Of a stretch of DNA of 64,000 nt, positions 53,197-64,000 are shown in pieces (the first letter of the stretch is position 1; each line of letters starts with the position of its first letter). The position numbers and the translations under genes were made by a program. Source of the stretch: Paragordius varius. Lineage: Eukaryota > Animalia > Nematomorpha. Below the pieces are notes generated by a model, which saw only the letters and a program-made list of their open reading frames with translations, searched no databases and was not told where the DNA came from. The stretch is from positions 11,098,001 through 11,162,000 of the forward strand of contig OZ176053.1 in the NCBI GenBank assembly GCA_964247055.1, written 5' to 3'.

Positions 53197-55319
53197 TTAA
53201 TCGAGATATTAAACAGATGTATAACATTTCTGCTTTAACTGGATCTTGCTGGTTTATACTAACAATTTCTCTGTTGTTAAAATACATTGATTTATATATA
53301 TATATTTATATATATATGCATTTATGATATAATTACAAATTAATTTTACTTAAAATATTATTCAAAATAAAACTTTAATAGTTTTCCAGAACTGAATTCG
53401 TATTTTAGCGCCCGTATTATTAGATGTCCAGAATCGTTTACTGGCCACGTTCGCAAAATAGATGGCGTAAGACCGAATAGTCGTAAATTTCATCTAATAA
53501 ATATTTATTTTAACAATTTGCCAGCTGATTCGAAATTCGGGAACAATTATTAGAAAATTGAATTTACTTAATAATTCTAAAAGGGAAATTTTCATCATAT
53601 CCTCTTATTTTTGACTTTGAAATTTTTCGTGCGATAAATAGGCGGTCCCCATGCGGGCTTTTCTTAAATATTCAGTATTAAATTATAATTTATAAAATAG
53701 AATAATTATTTTATTTGTTAATAAATAAAATTCCTACACTGCCAAATCTATATGAATTAGCATTAATAAGTTTTTCATAGCTAAAATATTTTTTGATGTT
53801 AAAGACTAATCAGTGGTAATCAAGCTGCGGCTCTAAAAGTGCTTTTTAATGGCCCTAAATTATTTATTAAATATTTTCCGTATAAAATACAAATATATGC
53901 AAATGTGTTAAACAACTACTAAATTTAATCGGTATTATATGGTGCACGGCAGGACTCATCCCATAAAGGTAATAAATTCATATGCGAAAAGACTTTAAAT
54001 TTCATAAACAAAAACTGTCTCCGTTTTTCAAAAGCCGCCAATTTCCAAAAAACCAAACATATACCCATTTAACATTTAAATGCTGACGTAAGATTTCGCC
54101 GAATTTCTCATAGCCAAAAACCTTGCGAAAATAATTGTCATTGACTCAGACTTTAGGTTAAAACCGTATATTATGTTGAAGCAGCTAAAATCGTGACATT
54201 GTGTAAATTAATACGCGACTACTTACGTGTCCGTGATATCATATATAACATTTCCCGAATAGTCGACCGGCTTTGAGATAATTATTGCTCAACTAGCACA
54301 CTCCCTGTATATGACACATAGGACGTTCTAGAGGTCCCTTAAAATGAATGGTCATTTTTGGTTTGTTTAATAGGAATACCCAAAAAAATAATTCTCATCC
54401 AAAAATTCAAATAAATAACCTGATTTAACAAACCTAAAAAAGATATTCTAAAGAAATGCCAACCTTCGTCTATAAATATTTACAGTTCACACCTCATCAA
54501 CAGAAAAAAACGATTAATCGCCGAAAACAATAACATCCTAATATTTTTTTAAAATATTTTAGAGATAAAAGCAAATTATTAATAACAAGGGTAATAAACT
54601 TTCCACCATCAATCAACATGCTATTTAATAAAAATATTGTGCCACATATTCAACACATAGATCTTAAAAGGCGATCCATATTTCGGAAAATACTCAGACT
54701 TATCAATGAAAAAATTGGTGATACAAAATCACGAAAAATTCGGTAAACAGAACTTTAATATTGATCTCCTACAAAATGCAATTGGACAATTTTAATTATT
54801 CCAAATTGATTAATTTAGGCATAAGCTGAGATGGATTTTTAATATATTCGAATAATATTTTATAACGACCCAGGCAGCGACTGGTTGTCTTTATATAAGT
54901 TATCAATAACGCCCCACCGCAAATCCAGCCACATTACGTATTAAATTGATATTAAACAATCATCTTCTGGCACTCTATTCAAGTTAAGATCTTGAGACAA
55001 TCGTACCGCTTGACAGGAACAACAAATTTGCTATTTTAAAAACTTAAGTTAATCATTTTGAACAAATGTCTCCCATTATTTGGCAGCATTTCCCATACGA
55101 CCGAACCATATCATTGAGCATCCAAATAAATGCTTTGATAAAGTATGCAACTTTTTAAAACAAATCAATATTCTGCAAAAATGTTTTAAAATAAAAATAG
55201 CGCCGAAGTATTTCATATGGAGATGTTTAAATATTTTGGCGTTGTTATATAATTTTTAATATAAGCATGAAAATGGAACAACCCCTTTCGTTACGTTTTT
55301 TACCGTTTTTCGGTTTAAG

Positions 55320-55750
55320 CAACAATTTTTCAAACGCAACATTTCAAGCGACGATTGCGTTTGGATGGAAAAATGTTTTTTTTGCCAAAGTGGCGTTTGG
55401 TTGATAAAATGATGCTTTTGAGTGAAAAATGGCATAATGAATCAATTTAAATTTGGTCTGAGGTCACTAGCTACTCCAATTTAAATCGAAGTGTTACACA
55501 AAACAAAGAATTATCCGAAACTTAAATGAAACAAAATCGAACTTTCAAAACTGATCAATCATACTTTTTTCAATCAAAAGCAACACTTTTTGAACCAAAG
55601 GTAACAATTTTTCAAACAAACGCAATATTTCAGTTATCTTTCCTTGAAAAATTGTTGTGTTTGGATGAAAAAAAATGTTGCGTTTAAAAAAGTGATGCTT
55701 TTGACTGAATAATGGCGTATAATAAATTTTGTTTAAATTTAAATTTGAGG
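55320..55750. repeat. Two related short palindromic (MITE-like) repeats
   Basis: TCAATCAAAAGCAACACTTTTT at about 55570 pairs with AAAAAGTGATGCTTTTGACTGA at about 55690. A similar copy lies at 55320-55460. Confidence 0.5.
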
Positions 55751-57003
55751 CCTCTCTTACGGTAGCCCTGAGTGGGATTGTTTAATCTTGCGGTGGAATT
55801 TCGCCCCTGCGCGAATGCTGCATTCATAAGCGGGTTCGACAGGTTTACCCAACCCCATTTATAATTTGAGCAGAAAATAAAATATTAATCAATTAAAAAT
55901 AGGTTATGTTTTTTACGGCAAAATAAATATTTTTTTACAAATGCGGGTTATTTTAACTCTATCAAATTCTACAATAGTTTTTTATATACGTAAAAGTTAA
56001 CCAATATATATATATATATATTTATAAAAATTTAATTCTTTTTAAAAAAGCAGTGCAGATGTTAGCGCAGTACGGGCAGTTTTTTTGAAAACCCAGTACT
56101 GTACTTCGAAAAACAGCCTATCCAATAAACTATGTGATTCTAAGCCTGATAGTGGCTTGCAAACCTTGCTCGCTGCCTGTATATTGAAGTGCATTACCTT
56201 AAGAACTATTTGGCATTTTTGAATTCTGTAAGATGATAAATATAATATTAGGTTAAATTCCTGGCACAAATTTGTTTAAATCCCATTAATAAATTTATGA
56301 TTAATAATTAAAAATGCTTACACGTGCTTTAGGTAAAAACAATCAACAAGAAGGTTTTAATTTGTAGCTATCATAGAGTATAATTTCGATATTTGTATGA
56401 AACTTTTGGGAAAAATTTGTTGCATAATATTTATCATATTTTGTCGAGAATCGTTTGGAACCACATCTAAAACTTGAAGTTTTATAATATATAGTTTTTA
56501 ATATATTTAAGTGATATTTTTGGAATTAAGGATTTATATTATACCAATTTTTTTTTATTTAGCACAGTTACCAAAGGGTAAACTTTCTTTATCTCTGTAA
56601 GGCTCAAAATCAAAACCAGAATTTTAACACATTTATTTATATCAGCATATTTTTTGTGTGTATTGATAAACGGCGCCTTTCTAAGTAACTTTTTTTTACT
56701 TGTTGAATGGGCCTACACGTTTCTGGGCCTTAAAACCAACATTCTATATTAAATTACATTTTTCGAAAACGCTAAATTTTTCTATCAAAAAAATTTAATG
56801 ATAAATTAGCTTTATTTTATATATAAGTATTTTGCTTTTTTTTCTAAATTATAAGTGGAAACAATTTAATTAAAAATCAGATGGATTTATTGAGCGAAAT
56901 TTTTAAGCTTTTTATTTTGCCACTGACATGATTCAACCACTGGCTTAAATATTATTGGTGTATAAGCAGAGTCTTTTTATAAAAATAAAATTTTTAATTA
57001 AAA

Positions 57004-58404
57004 TATATATATTTATAAAAATGGAAAATGCTGGCTTTGTGATCTGTTTCCAAAAAACCGGTAAACCCATTTAAATCCAAATGTCGAAAAAATATAATAG
57101 TTAATGAATGCCCCGACAACAATTTTGCCCTTTTTTGAAGTAGGCAGAAACGTGTTTTTTTGAAAACAATAGTCCACAAAACTCGTGTCTTTAAGACAAT
57201 TTTCCGGGACACGTGTTGGATCATTCGATTTTAAATATGATTTTTTTTACTTTTTTCGATTGCGCCGAACATAGTCGGCTCGCTAATTTAGGCCCTCTTT
57301 TTACCCGCCCCCCTTAAAATGCCACCACAAAAATAATTTTGTGAATCTTTTTTTCGCCCAAGGTATGGGACCGTAAAATTCAATGAGGATTCCAGGTATT
57401 TCCTGTTATAAGGCAAAAATTTTAGTCGAGTTTTTTTATGCTGGTTGCTGAGTAAGGAGATACCCGCTAGAAAATGCCCCGTCATAACGAAATAGCGTGC
57501 CTTTGGGGTTAAATTTCAAAACCTATCAGGCACTATGAGTTCAATGTACGGTTTTTTAATATTAGCCTTTAATTAAGCTCTTCACGCCCTGAAAAATGCG
57601 CCACCATAGAATGATTTTTCAGTTTTGTGTCAATTTTTCCAAAAAGAGAGCTTATGATATCAATCATGATTCCAGGTATTCTCCGTAAAAAGGCAAAAAT
57701 TTTAATAAGGCATAATAAAAATTTATGAAGCCATATGAGGTCATTAAAAGCTTGAAAAGTAACTAGGTAAAAATTAAGGTCAAGCTTTTTTATATAAGCC
57801 GTTAATTTGGGGCCTTTATGCCCTAAAAATACGCTATCATATAACGATTATTTAGTGTTGAGGTATTTTTCTAAAATAAGATAAGACGATGGTATCAAAG
57901 ATGATTCCAAATATTTATAAAGGCAAAGAATTTGACTCAGCGCGTTTTCCATATAGTCTATGGGTAGGGATCTACACGTTTAAAACTGAGACGCCATACA
58001 AAAATGGCGTGGTTTTGGAGAATTTTCAAAAAACTTAAGAAGCCATACGAGTTTAGTTAAACACATTTCTGGGGAATTCTTATAATATCATTCTTTCCTT
58101 TAAGGGACCACAAATGATTCACTTTTTATATCCCTTGATCCCAGCTGTTTGATAACAATTTCAAAAAAAACTTTTAACCATGATTTTGTAAAATAAAAAT
58201 ATTAAAATAAATCCAATGATAGTTGAATATTAACTTTGTAAACAAGATTTGAACCTATGTAAAAACACGTAAAAGAAAAATTAAAGACATTCTTTTTATT
58301 AAATATGTTTTTATATATTATCCCCATTACCTATATTTATTGTAAATAATAAAAATAATTATCGGTGAGACTACGTCACAGCGAAGCGTGACAGGGCCAA
58401 CTAG
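57004..58404 (+). mobile_element. Non-autonomous Helitron, 1.4 kb
   Basis: Family 5' core, with TC mutated to TA at 57004. Internal degenerate units shared with 29400-30400. Ends with hairpin GTCACaGC-gaa-GCGTGAC, then agggccaaCTAG|T (58401-58404). Confidence 0.85.
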
Positions 58405-59147
58405 TATTTATATTTTATGGCTCAGGTCAATCTTAAATACTTTGTATTTTTATCAAATATTGATACTTTTGGAGCCTATATAAAATTAAAGTTAAACCAT
58501 GGTTTGTTATACAAATATGATTTGTAAAAAGGGCCTTCTTGAGTTTATTTTTAGAGAGAATACTTTACCAGGTTCCGGAAAAATTGCGATCACGCTGCTT
58601 ACAATAAAATCCCAACTGATTTTAATCAATCACCCGAATATAATTTTTCGTAATGAAATAATAATTTAAAATGGCTGAATTTACAAATCAATAAACTAGT
58701 ATCTACCTATGCTGATAATCAATATTTATAATTGAGTCAATGTATATCATTTTTTTCAACATAATTAAAATATTTATATATTATATTAAAATTGTTTAGA
58801 GTTGTCGTCAAAAATCTGACTAAAATATGAGTTTTTACAAATATTTTATAAACCGGCCACCCATTTTTATAAAAAAACAACGAAATACTAAATATTTATA
58901 CCTTTATTATTATCACAATGCCCTACATTTAATCATTATTACTTTAAGCTCGGTATGTAAAATCTAGGCCTCCAAATTTATCGGCGTATGAATCCAGTTA
59001 TAAATCAATATGGATGAACAAATATTTTAATGTGAGATAACAATGAAATCTTCGCTGATACCTTTAAGTAACCGCTAATTGCGTAAATTATTATAAAAGG
59101 TTTGATTTAAATTTTTCAATGGAAATAAAAGCTCTCTTGCTTAATTA

Positions 59148-60232
59148 CCATAAATATTCATATATCATTACGGTTTAACTAAGAGACGATGTCAGTGAAA
59201 ATTACTCACCTGATTAAATTGACACAGACTATATTTCGTTTAAACATCAAACGACAAACATTCGCAAGTGTAATTCGCTAAAAACTAGCCCATAATTTTT
59301 AAGCATGTCAAAATATGTACCCGAAAAATAACACTGTGACTATTTTTCTATTAGTAGAAAAAGAAAATTTTTGGTGAACCATATGAATATGCTCCATCGA
59401 TTAACATATGTGAAACATGGTTTGGCAAATTTAAAAGCTGCGATTTCATTGAAGAGAGTGTGATCTTTGCTAAAACACACAACCACGAAGTCGATTGTGT
59501 ATAAGAGTAATCAAAAAAATCAGTAGACGACTATTTGCAGTAAAGACCAATTAACTCAGTAAACGGTCCTAACACAGAATTAACGTTAAATCAAAAATCT
59601 AAAAAAAGACTTGTGAAATTCTGATTTAACGAATGTGCCAAAGCGGGAAAAATCGTGGCTTTTACGTTATCAGCTGGCTAATCAACACCATGGTCAAATC
59701 ACTTTAGCAAGAAGATCATGCCCTGGGTCTGGTGGAATCAGAACGCATTGGGTATTAAAAATCTTTGAAGCACGGTAAAATGAATATGCAGAACGTTATC
59801 GCCAACATGCCTAATTTAAACCATGTATTTATTAAAGAACGACCGAAATGAGTTAGAAAACATGGCAAAATATTTTTGCTGGATGACGATTCATCGTCTC
59901 ACGCAGAAAAATCCGTGAAAAAAACCTTATAATAACTTTAATGGAATTTTTTGCCTCCGCTGTACTCTCGTCGCCTAGTGCCATCTGGCTATTACCCCTT
60001 CGCATCAATAAGTACGCGCTAGCAGAACAGTTCAATAATTTTGAAGTTTTGAAGGCTGACGAATAGTTTAAAGACAATCAGTTTTTTGCCATAACATTTT
60101 CATTAGATGAGAGAGGTGGTTGAAATGTGTAGAAGCTGTTGAACAATGTTTTAACAAAAGATAATTAATAATTTTCCTTCAAGATTTTGTAATGTTTATT
60201 AAAAAAAACCAGTAACCTATGAGTACATTTGG
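59148..60232 (+). mobile_element. Degenerate mariner transposon remnant
   Basis: ATG 59305 MSKYVPEK; ETWFGKFKSCDF; VWWNQ; KERPK; LYSRRLVPSGY (YSPDLAPSDY-like); ERWLKCV. Right TIR ...ACCAGTAACCTATGAGTACATTTGG|TA. Confidence 0.85.
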
Positions 60233-61176
60233 TAGCCATATCAACAATTCAAATAAACGTATTTCGAAATTAATCGTCATTTAAAATCTTCATAAGTTCT
60301 AAAAACTGTGACATAAACGAGTTGAAGAAAAGATTTTAGGAAATGCATTTAAGTTACCTTTTTAGCTCGATGAAACAAGTGCCATCTAATATTAGGGCCT
60401 TGCATATGAATCGTAGAAATATGCAATTTCAGGTTTGACTTTATAGTCTTATGGTAAATTCATACAAAGTATACATGCTGTTTTATATAGCGCACAAGCA
60501 GAAAGTTATCAATTAAATTATGGTTTTAGGTTTAATGCCAATTTTTACAAGGTTATGGGAACTTGTGAGGGAGAAAGTTTTTGTAGTAGATTGTTAAAAT
60601 TATTTATTTTGTTATTATAAACCAAGTATGGAAAGGGACATGTGATTATAATAAAATTGTAATTAGGGCTACAATCGAGGCATACGAAACAGCGCAGTGT
60701 TATTAAATTATATAATATAATTGAAATTATAATATTATATTTATAATATTGGCATGTAAAATATTGAAACAAATTTACTCGAAATAGGATTTGTAAAAAG
60801 AAAACTTATTATACAAAATAAAAATCACACAATTTAAATCTGTTTAATATTATTAATATACAATTTAAGAGTAGTTTTTTGCATACTAGAACAATACTTG
60901 GGACCGTTTTTAGTTTACAAAAAAAAAGATTTTTGTTTTGAATAATATCATATTTTCAAGAAATATTATGTATGATACATAGATAATATGCAAATGATAA
61001 TGGGTAAAAATACAATACAAATAATTATATTTTCCAAATATGCGTTTTATGTACAATGGAATCGAATAATTCTTCATATATTGTACTGCTTAATAAAATT
61101 GGCAATTTTTAGTTTTCCGTAGAGGATTTTGAGGAGGCGTTCATGGTGATTGATGTGTTAAAAGATGGAAATGAAT

Positions 61177-63845
61177 TTATGCGTCATCGCTACCATGTGT
61201 TATGAGATGGGCTAATTTGGCGTAATCGAAGAAACCGGCACCATCAGTGAAAGGAGCATTTTTTAATAAATCTGATACCTAAAAAATGTTGAACGGGTGT
61301 GGAATTAAAATTTATAGTTTTAAATTTTTTTTACAAATGATAAAAGTGATAAGACATTATTGATAAAATAAAACGTGTCAAAAAAATGATATATAATTTG
61401 ATAAAAATAGACAAAGAATATGTAATAACTAATATTAGATGGTAAGACACTCAAGAATCATTATATAAAGGGTATATCATTTTTTAATCAAAGTTCTCAA
61501 AAATATGAGGTATTTAATCAAATATAAATTTATGAAATAGTACTTCATCTTGAGTCATTCGTTCACCCATTCCTGTTAAGGCGTCTCTTAGGCTAAATAA
61601 ATAATTTTTTAATAGATATAAATAATCAAATTTCAAATAAAATTGTTAACAATTAATGCATACACAGATTCTTTAATCTTTCCATCGCCCTTTTCATCGA
61701 TAATTTTGAAGGCATTCTTTATCACATCTTCTGTATCGGTTCCTATCAGATAATTAATGTTTTTTGGATTCATAAAAAATACCAAATTATCAATCAAAAG
61801 AGTTAATTAAAAATTAAAAAAAAATGTAAAATAAATTATTTTTTAGCTTTAATACGTTTATACCAAGGCTTGGAACTACAACAATTAGCCTTTTTGAAAT
61901 CACATTACCAAACAAATATGCCAAAAATATATAAACCATTACCCAAAACTGAGACCGCGGCTTCAATAAAATGAAATCTATCTCTTACTAATTTTTAAAA
62001 AGTTGACGACTTTGATTGTATAAAGAATTTTAACAAGTTTTATACTCGTCTGCCAGGACCGAGAGTGATGTTCAAATAATTCCACAGTTTGGGATTTGAA
62101 CAAAAACACACAAAAGTACGCTCACAATTTTTTCGAAATAAATTGTAGTCTTATTTTAATACTGTTTTTCATATTATTAAAAATGTACATTATTTATGGA
62201 CTTTCTTCAAATAAACGACAATATGTTTAAATTCAGTATTTATATTCTATAATAAAATAATTTAGCCGGTAATTTTAAAAATCGATATTAAAATTCATTT
62301 CATATAAACAATAAAACGGGGTTCATTTGGTTAAAAGCCCTCTGTTCAAAAAATATGCCGAAAGATACACTGGAATGAGAACCACCATTGAAAGCGGTGG
62401 TTCGGTTTTAATCCCTGCCTAGTCTTCATTTACCACAATTTAGTTTGCAAATAGTAATTTTATTGTTGATACTTTAAAAATTTGGTTTTTTTTATACCAT
62501 ACTTATGTTTTCTACCTGATAATTTATCACCGAACAGGGTCAAAAACATGGTGAAATTTATAGGGCCTGGAGCTTCACTCAACATTTCTTCAAGGTCACG
62601 GTCTCTGGCATCTTTACCTAAGGAAGCATACATATCTTTCAAATCTTCTTTGCTAATAAATCCATCTCTGTCTTGATCAATTAATGTAAATGCCTATAGT
62701 TATTATAGAAAATATATTTTGTCATTTTATCCAAATATAATATAAACATATCGAATTAATTATTTATTTAATTTCGTAGCGAGCGCTCTAAAGCCGTCAA
62801 AATTTTGAATCGAGAGAAAACATTGAAATTTATATTTCAGTATATAATGTAAATTATCATTTCGTTATATTTTTCTTTCATGGATAACATCGATTGTTTT
62901 CATGCGATCGATTGATAAATATTAATTGATTCTTCCTTCTTATGCACATCGGCTTATGCCTTCCTTATTGTTGGCACACAGATAAACATTGAAGGTCAAA
63001 TCAAATATTTATAATGCAAAAAATATGAAAATAAAACTATCATTAAATAAAATCTTAAAAACATATTTAAATATCTTGATATATTTTTTTAAAAGCGACA
63101 AACATGATATTAGGGGATAAATAATTTTTAAAAAAGGGTCATTTTTGGATTTTATCTAGATTGTAAATCGAACAAAAAACCATATTGAAGCTTTTATACC
63201 TTAGGGTTTTTGCAACATTTAAAAAAGATTAGAAAATAAAACTCTCGAAAAAACAAGTGTTTATTGAATTCATATTTTTTTAATTTTAATGATCATCGGT
63301 AAACCTAAAAAATAATGCATTATTAAAACCAATTATTGTGATTAAACAGAGAATCTATGGACTAAAACAGATTTAGTCTATTACTCCCAAAATCGTTTAG
63401 AGTCAAAGGAGAAACACGTCTAAAAATAGAAAACACCTATTTTTGCAATCAATGATGGATCTAAGACCTAAAGGGTTGTGCTAGAGAATAATTTAGCTTT
63501 TTTAGCTTATTTAGACGAAACTCGTGAAAAAAAAACAGTTAACGCTCTTTGCAAAAGTTTACGTATGAATGAATATATATGAATTGCTAAGTTGCATACT
63601 TCTTTGAATTCTTGTATTTGTTGTTGACCGAACATGGCAAAGACATTAGAGGTGGCTCTTTGAGCTCGCATTTTCTTTTTGCCGCCCGCCGCCGCCGCCG
63701 AGGAAGCAGGCGCCGCTGAAGCCGGAGGGGGAGATTCCTTTTTGGCGGGAACTGGTTCAGGCTCGGGTTCTGGTTCCTTAACTGGGGGGACTGGCGTTTC
63801 TCTCTCCTTGTCTTTATCCTTATCCTTGTCCTTACTCTTCTTCTT
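61177..63845 (-). CDS. Myosin regulatory light chain with long N-terminal extension; start codon exon not located (upstream, probably beyond the window)
   Basis: Exons 63845-63600, 62693-62516, 61742-61664, 61592-61544 and 61278-61177 give [15 protein letters not shown]-hand [35 protein letters not shown] and [13 protein letters not shown]. Confidence 0.94.
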
Positions 63846-64000
63846 CTATACGTATGCAACAACCAATCAAGGATTACGTATATTACGTATAAAAATACAA
63901 TATAAAGTAGATTATTTTGAAAGTGTGTGGCAAAAGCATATAATGATAAAAAATAAAATCACTAATGGATTCATCTCTTTGGTTTTTAATTATATTTAAT

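Noticed and set aside
54860-55160. Possible decayed transposase fragment
   Set aside because: Only vague similarity, with multiple stops and no diagnostic motif.
55760-55865. GC-rich island with A-box/B-box-like words (tRNA, SINE or ribozyme?)
   Set aside because: I could not fold a cloverleaf, the B-box is imperfect and there is no intact hammerhead core.

Overview
Very AT-rich eukaryotic (metazoan invertebrate) genomic DNA. The species cannot be determined from sequence alone. No prokaryotic features or CRISPR arrays. Spliced genes were reconstructed by hand: FOXRED1 (minus, runs off the left edge); insulin-degrading enzyme IDE (minus, more than 20 exons); MIF (plus); an intronless orphan rhodopsin-like GPCR (minus, tail-to-tail with MIF); a RING-H2 gene; a myosin regulatory light chain with a long N-terminal extension (runs off the right edge); an orphan S/T/K/P-rich gene; and two tandem copies plus a third first exon of an unknown small gene carrying two PP1-docking RVxF motifs. 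Mobile DNA: a head-to-head pair of RTE (BovB-like) LINE copies in a FOXRED1 intron, another RTE remnant, four non-autonomous Helitrons sharing one 5' end but using three different 3' ends, piggyBac-type TTAA MITEs and two mariner remnants. The most striking observations: (1) GT-AG introns of only 21-23 nt, required to restore FOXRED1 and MIF, sitting beside multi-kb introns; (2) IDE lacks its usual stop/PTS1 end and can splice in frame into about 330 aa of low-complexity exons that are paralogous to the neighbouring orphan gene; (3) the duplicated double-RVxF gene; (4) a duplicated 1.6-kb array with almost no C on the plus strand.
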